64,000 nt of DNA from Obrimoposthia wandeli (lineage: Eukaryota), in NCBI GenBank assembly GCA_977020255.1, contig CDROCS010002570.1, positions 806,001-870,000 on the forward strand, in the 5' to 3' direction. The notes beneath the pieces are model-generated. The model was not told the origin of the DNA and did no database searches. It was given only the letters and a program-made list of their open reading frames with translations. Numbering within the stretch: the first letter of the stretch is position 1; every line of letters starts with the position of its first letter. A program made the translations under genes and the position numbers. This document shows positions 14,201 through 29,200 of this stretch, piece after piece.

Positions 14201-17200
14201 AAGAAATAAAGATATTTAATGACTGCAGTTTAAACATAGAAAACAAAAAAGAACATTGTATTTTTTATGTGCCCTTGTCTAAAATCCGCAGCTTATTTAA
14301 AGAAAAAAATTGTAAAAATGAATAACCATCTACTTTATATTTTTAGTGATCAAGGGCATCAAAATCTGCATCAAATTCAGTATCAAAGAGTTCAAATATC
14401 AACATATGCGTATAAACTATTGATAAGAGAATGTTCTAATATGGAAGAATTTGGAAGAGATATATAGACGGGCTTTATCAGAAAGGGTTCTATCCTCACC
14501 TGTACTGAGAGAAGGTGGCAATCTGGCGGCGCATGCAGAAGATGACTACCACAGCCACAACAATGAGCACCACCATGAGCAAGATAGACCCCACCACCAA
14601 TAGAACAACGTCTTTCTGGCCTGCTGAAGAGTGGCTGTCGTCGGGACTGGCTTTCCCAGATCCATCTATGCCGCCACTCGTTCTCTTGTCCTTAGAGGCT
14701 CCATCAAGGGTTTCGGAAGGGTTTCCAGAGTCCAGGAAAAGTGTTTTACCGGAGTTTGGAGCTGGACTGGAGCTATGAGACAGTGGGAACTGTGAATGTT
14801 GTTGCTCTTCCAGTTCAGGCCTGGGGAAAGTCGGGCTCGAACCTGGAGACAGGAAGGTTATTGGTGTCATCTCTGTCAAATACGGTAAGTCAAGTCAAGG
14901 TCAAGTAAATTTCAAATTAACAATATTCCACTGTAACTTCAAGGTTATGTCAAGCTTAATTAAGAACAAGGTGTTGTCGAGTCTATGTTATGCCGAGGTT
15001 TAAATATCAAGACTAAACAAACAAGTACCAACCTGGACTTTCTTTGACCGTTTTAAATTTTGCAAATTGTCCCCATCCTGATCTGCTGCGTGCTCTTACC
15101 TGAAAAATGGCGTAACTGATGATAAAACATTAAATTTCGCTTCGTAAATATTTACTCCTGAATAGACAATTTTATATAATTGTTAATGACACATTATTTG
15201 GACAAAATTCTCGCGAAAAAACTTGTTTCATAAATGTGCAGCTTTATGTGATTTTAGAAGTATAAATTTCCGCAAAATTTTCGCATAACCCTCTTAATCA
15301 GTTTTGATAATCTTATAAAACATCTTTTAAAATGAAAAATATAATACGTTGGCCTCTAAACGATAACACACAAAAGCTAACTTATTTTCAAAAATACTTC
15401 TCACTATTAATTTAATTATCTACAAATATTGATCAATACAAAGTTAGTCCAAAAGCTTTTCAAATGTAGAATATAGTCATTATATCTTGTTTCAAAATCC
15501 TCACATTTTACAATATTATTATGTAAACTATTGAAATGATTGATTTAAAACAAGTAGTTATTTATAAAAATTAATATTCAGTACTTTTTACACAGATACA
15601 CGAAAAATTCTAATTACATTATTTTGTTTTTCAAATTAAACGTTTTTAATTCAATTTATTTTGAATTTTACAATTTTCTATATTTTTCCCCAATACATCC
15701 TGTGGTAGAATAATTGAATCAACTACAATTTCTAGAATAAAAATTATTTCACTGATTGCTTTATTTCAAATAAAGATAGAAAACTAAACAAACATACCCG
15801 AAAGGAAGGGCGTTGGGAAATTCAAATACTCTAAACATGGAATAGTTGCGCCTTTATGATATAAGCCTATAAAACTTTATTATCTCTTCCATGTATTCTA
15901 TTGCTATCTTTTCTGAATTCTGTTTATAACAATAGATTACATTTTATTAGTAAAAGCGCTTATTAGTAGTGGGATTGACCCATTAGTTGAGAAGGACTGA
16001 CACATGTGTGTTAATCTTGAAGTAATTTTTACCAAGAAGTATACCTCTTTAAAATGAAAAGAAAAATTTACTCTGAACATGAACTCCCTAAAGCAATCGA
16101 AGGAACTCACCTTAGCCACAAAAATGACCAGTTTTCGATCATCGACGTCCGTGAAGCGAACCTCTTTGGAGATTGTGAAGACGTGCCGCTGGAAGTCAGG
16201 AAACTTGAAGACGGAGACCTCTGACAACTCGGTGGGACTACTGAGCGCTAAAAGAACGACCTCGAATTCCAGAGCTGGGAGCTTTGTCAGAGAAACCTCT
16301 CGCCACTTTACGAGAACGGTTCTTCCGGTTTTAGTCAAGGTCATCAGCTCCACGTTGCAGAAAGTCTCTGTGAATTAGAAGAAACAAGTATTGGTAAATT
16401 ACTGTCAATCACAGTTTATTAACAATCTTTAAATATCTCGTCACACCAGTCCTGAGCCAGATTTCGATTGAGGGAATTAACTTTTTCGTTTGCTCTATTC
16501 CACTAATTAGATAAACCTCAATTTAAATCGGTCGACATCTTTCTTTTTATGACAATTTACTGATTTTCGCATCTTTTAGCTGATTTTTTTAAAATTCCCA
16601 TCATAAAAATAGTCCACGGAATGAACTCAACTTATTATTTTAATTTTATATTAAAGTACCCCTATATCATAATTAAAAATAAATTAGTCGATGTCGCTAA
16701 CATTTATTATATTATATTTACACACACGATACTCAGAACCTGAAAAAAGTAGTATATACAATATGCGTAAATAGCTATGTTGAAGTAATTTCAAGGAATA
16801 AATATGAAATTGTTTAGTGGCTTTAAAAGCTAAATGTCTATCAAATCACTGCGCTTTATAATGTTAAATTATGAAAAATTAAAATATAAATAAATAAATT
16901 CTTATTTATAGCAATAAATATTGAAGGTCAAAAAAGAACGAATTAAAATAAATTGTTTTTTTAAATAAATTAAGATATGTTTAATAAATAAATTGAGACC
17001 ACGAAGAGATCATGAAATATGTATTTAAGAACATGAAGTGTTACAAAAAGGTATTGGAAATAAAGTACAGTACTTCTAATCATTCGTTCCAAATGTCAGT
17101 ATCTATCTACTTGATACTTGTTTTACAAAGTTAAAGAAATCAAAGTAAGATGGTGATATAAACGAAAAAATCAAAGAAAAAGAACGTCTACAGCATAATG

Positions 17201-20200
17201 CCGGAAATGAGGAACGACAAGATAAAGCAAACATGATTAAGGATTATTTGGATTACTCATTTCACGACGACAAAATACGATTCAAAGTCGCTTTAATCAC
17301 ATTTCCAGATTTAATCACACAGCGGAAAAAAGGCAAGCTCTGTTACACATGGTCACACAAATTTCCCTGGAGAGAGGGAAAGGTCTTAATTAATTTGTGC
17401 TCCCCACAACGTCAGTCGAACGACGGGGTCTACAGTGCGGTCTTCATCAAATATTAATGCATCTAATCCAGATAATTGAGAGGTGCTCCTGCCGTCTGGA
17501 CCGAATTTGATCAGTCAAATCCCGATCTCAGACACGATGCTTCACGATTCTCTTTCATCGTCCTGCAATCTGGAGTGGCGGGTCGCGTTTGTTGTTGCGC
17601 TGTACTTTTGTTTTTTTCTCCGCTGATTAAGTTTAAGGGGCATTTTATCCCCAATATTCCCACTAATATTTACAAAGTCATCCAGAAACGTTTTGAAAAT
17701 AAGTGTGTGGATTTAAAAATGAAAATGTCCGAAAAATGTCTATATCCACTTAATATAGGATTGTCAGATACATTTAGAACGATTTTCTCACAATAATACT
17801 ACAAAGAAAACGACTGATACGCTCAAAAAACTGAGTTTGAAGTTGTAAAACGTTTAGTGAAAATAATAAGCGTCATTATCAATATAAAGTTTTAATTTAC
17901 AACAAACTGTATCATGACTTGCACTCGTTTGTGCTGCTAATTCTCACCAAGTTGCATGTTTGTTAACTTCTATCAAAGTTAAAATATACAAATCCAAACC
18001 ACCATTAGAAAGTTTCTCAGAATAATCACTTCCTTTCACTGATCTAGATGAATCACATGAAGCATTTAGAATGGAATTCATTATTCATTAGTAAGACGAC
18101 TAAAGACGCAAAATTTGCCAGAAATATTGAAATAGAGGATATTTTATTATTTAGTCACGATTACCATTTTAGAAACTGGGAGAATTGGTTATTAGCATAT
18201 TTGTTTTAAGTCAAATTAAAGATATGTCGATAGATGTCCACATTCTGTGTGAATTGTATAAAACCTACCATCGTAACAGTAAGAATATTATTTAAGAGAA
18301 ATATCAAAGAATCTTTCAATCAGCTCCTCACTCAAACACGATAAACAGCTAGTTGAATTTCACGGTCTTGTAAAATTTAAACATTCCTACTCCATTTGAA
18401 ATGAAGATAGGTCGGTTTAGAAAAATAGTAATAAACACGTTTTTAAAAAAACTTTCAATACAAACCAAATTGCCAAAGTAGCGGAGAAATTATTGTTTTT
18501 ACAGAAACCGGAGCCTTAATGTCTCTATTAATATCTAGTCTATCCGAACTCCATCACTTTTAATTCGTTTTAACAGAAGGGATTCACCAAATATATCACA
18601 AAGATCTTGAACTTGAGTATAATGCTCTGCAAGCTATTATAAATGTGAATCACTGGTGGACCTTTGTTGATTGCGGGTTTGATCTTATTTATTTAATATT
18701 TATTGCATATCAACTTGTAAAGAAACAAGTACATTGTGCTAACTTTATGTTCAGAAAATTTTGATGGAAAAACCACACGCTGGAACCGTCTAATTAACGC
18801 GGAAGTAGCATCGTATTAGGGATGATTCAATCAATATCCACTTTTTCTCATTTAGTTATCATCAATTTCAGACAGCGTTTGCAGCGAGTGGAGGGAAATA
18901 TCGGTACATGGTGTAAACAAAAACAGAAAACGCGGCTGTTTTGTTTAATTATGAAATTAAGTGATTAAAAGATAATCTACTACTTCTAAAAAATACAAAT
19001 ACAACTATGACTACACAGTCTGTGACCTGGTATAGTCATACGGATCCACGCTTTAAAGGGCCTACACCTTTGCTGGTGGGAGAGTTTCTGGGATGTTTAT
19101 GGTTGAATGATTGCAGTGTGGTCGGTGGGAACTGTCACATCGATAAACCGGTCAGGTCAATAAATCAGAAATCGATATAAATTTCTGTGATATACATGTC
19201 TATACTGTGCTACTAACCGGAAGTAACAAAATCTTTAGGAGGGTCTGTCCATCCATATTAAAATAATTTTTTAATTTTATACCCTCGTTGACACATATTG
19301 ACACATCTGCATGTATACATTCTCTTCAATTTTGTATTATTATTTTGGATAAGGCTTAAATTGAACAAAAAATCATGATATTAAAAGATTTCAGTATATT
19401 ATAGTTCAGTCAATAATACAGTCAATAACGACATATCTTATGGCGATATTTGAATAGTGGTTTTTATGACATGTCTTTTCATTCAAAACTTAATAAATGA
19501 AACACATAAATAAATAATCCAAACACTTACTCAAATATATGTATGTATTATTAGATAAGCATCCTCATTAGAAATATTCGTTCTCATAAGCAATAGCTTC
19601 ATTGTGTTCCTCTTGCTTGAAGAGCTGTTCAATGTTCAAATCCACAGTATAATGCATATCACTATTTAACTGTCGAATACATTTAACTGGGGCTTTAAGT
19701 TGTAAGGTTCAACACCTCGAGATGACGACCACGTTCACTCATACAGAAGTGACAATTTAAATAGAAAAATGTAAAAAAGTTTAGTAGATAACAATAAATA
19801 GAGATTTTTAGTCATTAGTTTCTAGAAGGAAAATCCGGTCATCTTTGCTTTCAGTGAATTTAGAGGCCTCATTTTCATAAAGAGCAGCCCACTGTTTAAT
19901 TATCGTGCAAGTAATTTTTAGATATTATTATTGGATGGAGATTTGGGGAAATACTCGGCCATTTCACGATATTGTTGTTTTCAAGATATTCGATTGTCCA
20001 ATTTGACACATGCAGCGGGGCATTGTTTGAGAAAATGTGTCGTCATGATTCACATTATAAACCACTGTTTGTTGTCTGAGGTACATCTTTAGACCCTCCC
20101 CTATTCAGGCTTATTTCGACATATGACACCTCTTGCTATCTCTCTCCATCAGTCTTTAGTCAATTTCTAGTTAATGTATTTTTCCTGAGATCACGCCAAT

Positions 20201-23200
20201 AATAACTTACATGATCTGGTCAATCTAAAATTTTGTTTTATTTTCACAGTTTTACAGATTCTGTATGTCTAGATGCATTTAGTTCGCTAAATGTGTCAGC
20301 AGAATATTAGTCCGAATCATTCAGAATTTTGCAGCAAAAATAGTGTTCAATAAATTGTTGATTTTGGATTTTGTGATGTAGCTTTTAATTTATCATGACA
20401 TCAATAGTAAATAATAATAGTAACCATAGTAAAAGTGATATTTTGATATCATATTTCTAGTAATAAAATTTTGACACAGTGAATGAACTTTTGACGTAGC
20501 TCCATATACATTTGACAGAACGAATGATTCTTTTGACTATATTCGCTATATTAAACAATAAATAGATTCCATGACCCATCTTTCTATGTTTAAATTATCA
20601 TTTTATTTCATTTAGATTACTGATATTTACTAAATCTGTGACTATTTTGTTAATAAAGTCAGTTTTGTTTATTTCTCCGACTAATTTACTTGCAAAATGA
20701 TCAAAATAGTCGTATTTCAGTTTCACTGATCACTATTTTGGGTCACATGATAGAAAAATAAAAAACAGCAAATACAGTTGATATTCATTCTTCCACTATT
20801 TTATTCTATATTTTCCCTCTCTGGCCATTAACCCTCATTCCCTCCACATACCCGCATCCAACCAAATATCCACTAAGAGTTAAACTAACCCAGCGGGGAA
20901 GTAAGAACAGATTTCTTGGCAGAACTTTGTTCAATCTCGAACTGGCTGGTCACATAGCGACTGATCTCATTGATGGTCGTTACCTTGAAGTTGTACTCGC
21001 GACTAGGCAGAGCGCCTAGAACAGTGACCCTGCAAGGAAAAAGTATACATAGTCACGAAACACAAAGAGCGATACACCCACTTGTTGCCATACACTGACG
21101 ACGAAGGCAGAAACTGAAGCTTATTCGGGCAATTGGTGCAGTTGACCCTGTAGAAGAGCCCACTGCTATTGGTTACCACTTTGTTATCCATAGACGAGGC
21201 AAACTTCTGCTGTGGCGAGGGTTCCCAGGAAATCAAGATGCGAGCCTGATCCCGAGTATCGATATTCACCTTGATTGGCTTGCCCGGTGGTGCTGTAATG
21301 AGGTTACGAGACTCCAGATAAACGAAAACATCCCAAGAATCCGGTGGACATTATTTTATATTTAAGTAACTAAACAAATAAAAGTTTCATATCAACTTCA
21401 TTTCATCTCAGCTTTCAACTCATTTCTTCTACTGGATAAGCATTCTCAATTTGCCAACCTTTTTCCTATTTTCACAAAACACACTCAAGATCAAGAACTT
21501 TCAATGTTTGATACACTTCTCAGAAACTCTGTCGCGGTCGATTCTGTCGATTTTCATTCAAGTGAGTCGTTCTTTGAGGGAGGAATATGTCAGAGACTTC
21601 TGAGGGTTTTATCTTGTGTCAATTTATGAAACAATTTTAATTTTGTAGTGTGTCTGATGGAATTTCACAATTTATTGGTTCTTGAAACTGTCAACCATGT
21701 TTTGTTGTAGGTACTTAAATTCTGGTCGTCCAGTGGTGGTTAAACCAGAAACTAAATAAATTGTCTTTAATTCTTCATTGACGTAGGTATTTCTATAATA
21801 CGACAGAGACTCGTCTCACTCTCATTAAAACTTTTACTTCGTCCTAAAACGAGACAATGAAACTAATAATTCTGAAATGAACAATAATAAAGTCGGATGG
21901 TCGCAGTTAACAAAGGTATATTGGGATATTTATATCCCTCATGTGGAGGGAATATAAAGTTACACATTGTTTCCTCAATGCAGCGTTCATTACTGGGACA
22001 CTGTCGATTTCGTTGATGTACCCATTTGTCAAAGTTGAGTGATTAGAATATACAGACTTGAAATTGACGACTGTTAAATTTTCCCACGTCATAAAATTAC
22101 GGAGAAAGATGCAAATTGAAAATTGATTTGCATTTTATGTATATTTCAAGATGAAATTAGGAGAACAAAATAAATCGTTAATGCTCATCCAGTTTATCAA
22201 TGTTCTCGTTATGGCGAGGCGGAGCGGAATGTTATTTTTTAACCCCTTGACTTAACCATGATTTAATGTCGACATCCGTATGAAATAGATGACACATTTC
22301 CTGATCCCACCGATACCTTTAGATGGGATATTTATTTTGAAGAGGAAAAAGCAAAACTAAAAGAATGACAAGATGATAAAAAACATTCTGTAAAAGATAA
22401 ACCAACATAAATTAGATAAGTTTGTAGAAACTCTGCATTGGTGTCTTTTAATCAATCGAAGTGTTTCCAATCATAAAAATCCGTTCTTCTGATATACCAG
22501 TAGCTTATTCAAGAGAGGTGAAAGAATATGCTGACTCAATAAAGTTAGCTTTTGAGTCGATTCAGTACAATGAGTGTCAATGGAATGCTGGTGGAAATCA
22601 TAGCAATACTCTCTGAATTGAAAACGTTACACTAAATCCTGTTGTTTTAGTTGTCTTTGGAACAGTAGATCGATAATAATTAAATTGAGCTTTATTTAAA
22701 AGCTTCGTAAATGTTTTAAACTGTAGTGGCGAAGCATTTAAAGTATTCAGAAAATGATTTTAATGCTTCTAGAATCAAAGTTAAAAGAACAAATATGTGA
22801 GCAACACAGAAAATTGCATCAGAAAACCCTAAAAGTATTTCAAAAACATTTGAAAGTTGAAACTTCTCGTTAAGTATTAGTTAAAATTAAATTGAGATAA
22901 TTTTCTTATTGGTTCACAATATATTGAAAGTGGTGATGATAAGGTTAAGGACAGCAGTATAATTAGACTGCTCAGCAAAAATGCTTTTAGATCAGTTTTA
23001 GACTAATGTTATGATTAGGGCAACCAATATTATGCGCATATTTTTATGCGATATGCACATTTTTTTCCAAAAATATGCAGAAAAATATGCATTTTTATGC
23101 GAAATATACACACTTTTCTGTATATCTTTGCAAAAAAGTTATGATGTTATTTAAATAAACTATACAAAATAAAAATCTATACAAAAATAAGCCATTCAAC

Positions 23201-26200
23201 ACTAGTTTAATGATGTATTGTAGTACAGCATCATGTACTGTTTAACCGAACTGGCTGAAAATCTCCTATCCTTTGTAATAATTTTTCATGATGCAGAATC
23301 CAAAGTTGAATCCAGATTAGCTCTATCACATATTAACTGTGATGCTGATCTTAAATATTTTGTTCGTTTAGATTTATTGTTTATCCGTTTAGCCACCGCT
23401 ACTGGTTGCAGTTAATTTTTGTTGCTATTTTATTATGATTAATTAGACATTCTAAGAGTTTTGTAAAAAAATTAGTTTTCAATGTCATTGCTTACACTAA
23501 TTTCTAGCATGTTCCAATAATGGAACGTTGGCGGTTAAACGGTTAATGAATTCCCCATCCAAATATGGCTTACTACTTTTGGTAATTTCATGAGCAATAA
23601 TAAAACTCACCTTAGTTGATATTTCCTTTTTTGCGTTTTGGCCAGTAAAATCATTTTGCTGTTGAGATATATTTTGAGTTAATTTCTGTGCTAATTCCTT
23701 TCTAGCTTCAGAAGTTAAGTTAAGGCCATATTCTAAATGTTTAGTAGTAAAATGTCTTTTGATGTTAAATTATTTGAAAATTGATACCCTTTCCAAACAG
23801 ACAGACAGCTTTAGTTTTCACTTGAGTAAAAAAATAATTCCTTCTCCATTCTTCATTGAAAACGTGACACTCATTTTCGATTTTTTTTTATTCATTTTCT
23901 TTTTGAACGGTTACACAATTGCGTAATATGTTAACAATTTTTTAAACAAAACGCAGATGCATGGTTAAATATTTTAGTTTATGAATAACTATATTTGACA
24001 AACTTTAACACTACGTGCAAGTGCAGTTTCTTTTTTGAAAATTTAATCATTTCTGTTGAATTGCAATAGCGAGTAGTGTTTGTTACTACACATTCTTAAT
24101 TTTTTGGCAAGGTAAATTTGTAGGGCTTAAAAAATTATTTCAATAGCGTATAAAATTTGCCAAAATGAATATTATAACAAAAAAAGCTACTTTTATATTT
24201 CTTATTTAAAATAGCTAGCAGTAAAAACGGTAGCGGGAAGCATGCGGCCCGCGGGCCACCGTTTGCTCAGGCCTGGTTTAGAATCTTGTTTTACAACTAC
24301 TTACTGTGTGTTGTTTAATTTCCCCATGTGATATTTTGTTCAAATTTTTACAAGTACGAGAAGTTTTGTTTTAGAGAAATTTATCTTATCGTTCCTATTT
24401 TGTCTAGCGATATTCATAATTAATTTTCAATTTCAAAATCACTTCAAAAAAAAGAAGGGCTGATTCAGAAAATTTGTCTAAATCTGAGCCCAGCTACCGG
24501 ATTATATTAGTCACATACCAGTCAATTGCAGGTCACTACTTAGTTTTGTTCCGTATTGACCTAAATTAACTTCAGTGAGTGTATAAGCGGGACTTATAAA
24601 TCTGGATTTTAAGGTCAATCTGGACGTGAGACAGTTTTTTATTCTAATCAACTTTAAGAATTAGGAAATTTCTGTAAATTTCTATAAATATTAGATGGTG
24701 ATAAATTATCAACAAATAAATTTTAAAAATTATGACAAGCCATCAAGCGAGAATTATTTTCCAGAAAAACTAAAGATAAAGTACACATTAAAACATTTTC
24801 AGCAAATTATCTTCAAAAGTATAAAACTGTTATCATATATTTCAAGCTTTATTACACTCACTAAAATGGATATTCTATGCAGATTTTTTTCAGAGACTGT
24901 TATTTTTTATGAAAATGTTTCTTTTCAATGAAATTCTCTACACAAGCCCGGTATAATTTGGTTACACGTTCTCGCACGGACTCTAAACCGTACATAAACA
25001 TTGTTATTTCGAGAATGTGTCAAAATATGCACTAGTTGTGTAAATAAATGTGTGCTTTCATTGATTTAGCAAGGGGTATCCTTTCATCTTAATCATTTAA
25101 ATGTTCAAGTTAATAAAATAAAATTTATGACGAATCCATGCTGAATATTTGCTGAATATATGTATTAAACTTGAAAATAAGTAATAAAAATGAACAAAAG
25201 GGTTGTTATATTTAATTTTGGATGCTTTTTTGAGCTATTTTATTAGGGTAAATATAAATTTTTATAAGTTGTATTTGCCATAGAAATAAATGGTTAATAT
25301 TTTTTAAGATAAATAGTCAATAGTATTAATATTACTAAATTCAGTTTTATTTATATTAAAAAAATGAGTATAGCTTACTTGTTAATACAAGAAACTCTTT
25401 TGTAGAAAATATTTGATCATTTAATTCTATTTTTACTGAATTAATAAAATGATAACTTATAATGTTATCTTTATTTAAAATTGTTTATTTTAATATTCAG
25501 AGGTACCAGTGGGATTATTTCCTTGTTAAAGTTAATTCAAATATTTATTCGAGACTTTAAATCTGAGTTATGACTATTTTTTTTCCATTTTACTATTATA
25601 ACTTTTTTAAGTTTGAGAATTTTATTTAAATGTACAAATTGCACATTTTCTAAAGTTCACATGACAGTGTTTACAAATGAAGTGTCACCTTTGCAATTTA
25701 GGCTCGTTGGAGGTCCTGGGAGACTGTAGAAGCCGTTCCTGCAGTAGCAGCGAGTCGCTCCCATTGAGCTGTGGGAATTCCTGGGACATTTGACACATCC
25801 CTCCAGACCGATGGTGTTTTTGTAATACTGAAAATTGCATTCTGCAAACAAAGATGGATGTTTGAGAGTTTAACTATTAAAATTGTAAATTAAATGTAAT
25901 ATATATTTTTGGTGATTGTGTTTATGTGTAGTAGAACTTCTCTAGTATAAGTTGCTACCATTTCCAAAAGAAATTATAAAATAAATAAACAATAGCGATG
26001 AAATTTTTCCATTTTCAGATACTAAATAGATTCCACAATAAAAGAAATCCGGATTTATTGAAGCAATTCAGTCATAAAGTCAAGTTTTGAAATGTTTGAC
26101 AAATGTTTGGCATATGCGGCGGGTGAGGTAACATGTACCTTCGAAGCAGTTCTATCATTTCAATGACGCATTTGCCAATGTGCAATCTAGCATTGTCATA

Positions 26201-29200
26201 TCCTTCGGCATATTCTGGACGTTTTTCCTAAGATTTTTTAATCAAATTGACGATCACCATTGATTGTTGCAGACAGTTCCAGTTGCTCATAATATGAAAC
26301 GTCTTTCAGATTCCAAAAAAAATCCACAACATAACCTTAATTGCATGATGATTCCCTTTTGGCATTAGTCTGGATTGACTGATGATTTCCTTTTCTTGAA
26401 TTGTCGTTATAAACCCCCTTTTCATAATCAGTGATATTTCAGCTAAAATAGCTTTGTTGGTACATAATTCGACATTTTGAATGAAATGAAAGTAAATCCT
26501 TCTAAATATATAATCAAAAGCTTCATATACGAAGTCAACTTAACCCTAGGTTTCTATTTTGAAAATATTTCAACGACATGTAGAGAAGTGATGATGAATT
26601 TATATATGTTTATGGACTGCTATTTCAATAAGTTATTAATGTGTTTGCGTGAATAACATCCCAAAAACACAATATTCACATCAAACATATAAAAGATTAA
26701 GTATATATCGATAATTTATATTTAAAAAAGGTGTCCTTTAAATAGGTTGATGGCACATAGAGAATAAAAATGAAAGCATATATGAATTATTATAATAAGT
26801 AGTACACGGCCAATACCTATTCAAATACCCCATATTTACTGCATGTTTATTAATTGTAATTATCACTTCATGTCTTTGCATAAAATTGACACGGATATCT
26901 GCGTTGTAATAAATGGTACATATTTTTGTTGTCGAGTTATCCATTGTTGAAAAGTGGAATATTTTTTCTGGCTATACTTGCAGTTCCCAGTATCTTAAAG
27001 GACATGTCATAGTAAAAGACCAAACCTAGTCACAATGAACGGTTATTGTTTAAATTGTTAACAAAGCAAACATATCTTCAAAATCGACAAAATTAAATGG
27101 AAATGCAGGAAGAAAAAGCACTGTACAGAAATTCAATTTCTCAAATAGTTATCAAGACTCCCATAGGAGAGTTGGACTACATCCATTGGACCATATCAGA
27201 TAACGATAAAATTTGTTTTCATTTCCATTTCTCTTCTTTATCTTTCTCCATTGTTTACAGATCCCTTTTCGTAGTAAATAATAAACTGCAAAATCTCAAT
27301 AAAAAATGTATGATGGGAATCCAAAAACGCAGAGAAGAGGGAATGGGAGGGAATTTTTCTCCTGTATTCGGATATGTTGTAAATCTCAATTTTAAGAGAG
27401 CTACGATTCTGAACTGAACTTTAGAGAAGTGAAAGAATGTTGATTTTAGTGATGAAGTTTTATTCGAATTTATCAAAAGACCTAAAGACGCGAAAATTTA
27501 CCTTAATTATCCCTTAAATATCGATATAGTTAATGAAGAAAAGTTACGTTTTTAGGTTGCGATACAGCTGATGCACCTTCTGATGGAACATGGTTTCTTT
27601 TGATAATTATTTTCGGGTTTTCTCCTTATTTGATATTTACAGTTTTTAACAAAAGTATTAACATGAGAATTTTGACTATAATAACTTTAAATTATTTGGG
27701 GTTCACGATAATGAATTTTGTATGTATTTCATTTAATTACAGATATAAAATTAACATAAATTATACCGAATACACTTTTAAATAACATAAATATACAGTA
27801 ATATCCCTTTATATGCAAAATTTGGGAACGCCCCAAAGTAACTTTATGTAGAAAAATAAAATAAATCTATGTAAAATATTTTTGATACTTGGTATTTAAA
27901 AAATTAAAACTTTGACCTCTTCTCTCATATCATCAATTTCTTCTGCATTTGATTTCACTGTGTCAGCAAAGATTTGAATAATTGTTTCTATAACATCTTC
28001 CCTAGATTTAGCTGCGAGTTTTATAGCTTCCAAAATTAACAAAATATAAATTTAAACAACTCAAATAGATATGGAAAACATTTTTTTAAAAGTACATTTT
28101 AATTGTTTTTCTTCTAATATGAATTATAATGTTATTTAATGTATAAATTCAGCAATCTTTCCAGAAATTCATTTAAAAGGAGATATGGTACCTTCAAAAT
28201 AAACGTAATGAGTAATAAAATTTCTGAAAGTAATTTGATGCAATTTTTGGGTGTTTCAAATATCTTTGAAATTTACGGTCCCTGTGAAAGTTACTTGTGG
28301 AAAAATGGCCTGAGACTGAAATGAGCTACACTCTCACTCCAGAAGATCAATCTGAAACAAAGACAAAAAAAATATTAAGAAAAGTTGTATAGATAGTCTA
28401 ACATTAAATTAACCGGCGTAGACCTTTATTCAACTTAATTTTCCATTTTGTTTTGATAAGCCGGAAACATGGAAGAAACAAAGTATCGTCACACCTGCAT
28501 GCCTTATCAGAGGGAAGGTATTATCCTGTTACAAGACACCAACAGTGTGATGTGGCATCTAAAGATTTCAATGTTTCCCTACAGTTAATTTATTCATCAA
28601 TTATTTTATTAAATTCTTTCATATAAACAAACTGACAAAACATAAAAAAGAGCTTCAGTCATAAAATTTACGGCACCTGGTTTTTATCAAATCTTCTACT
28701 TAGAGCTGGGTTTAGTACAGTGAAACGTCTGTCATATTTCCCATTCAGTATATTTCAATATTTGATTTTGATGGCAAGAAGAGTGGAACAAGCTATCTCA
28801 CGTTCAGCGATCAAGGGTTTAATTTTGACGTGTGGATTGAATATTTTAACAACATTTTCCAAATAAAATATTTCGAGAATTCAAGGCCATTTTTATAAAA
28901 CATGAATGTCAAACCACCATGAGTAATGTCCCATTAGATGAGGCGCTTTATAAATATATCTTCTCATATCGAGTATGTAACGAGATATGTCTTATGTGGA
29001 TGGGAAGATGTCAAGTCCAGTGTTTACTAGATAGAGAGAGACTCACTGACGCAAGTATTCTGGTGGGGCTCATATCCGATCCCGCACTGGCACAGCAACC
29101 CAAAAACCGACTGACGGTCCCAGCTTCCGCTAGCTCGACAGTATGCCGTGGGGCCGACATTGGCCCCTTGGCCAACTGGGACCGCGTGCTCCACACAGCG

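Noticed and set aside
28280-28350. Minus-strand acceptor tttgtttcag as an extra Eph exon
   Set aside because: Gives an immediate stop in the required phase 1, and exons 4 and 5 already join seamlessly.
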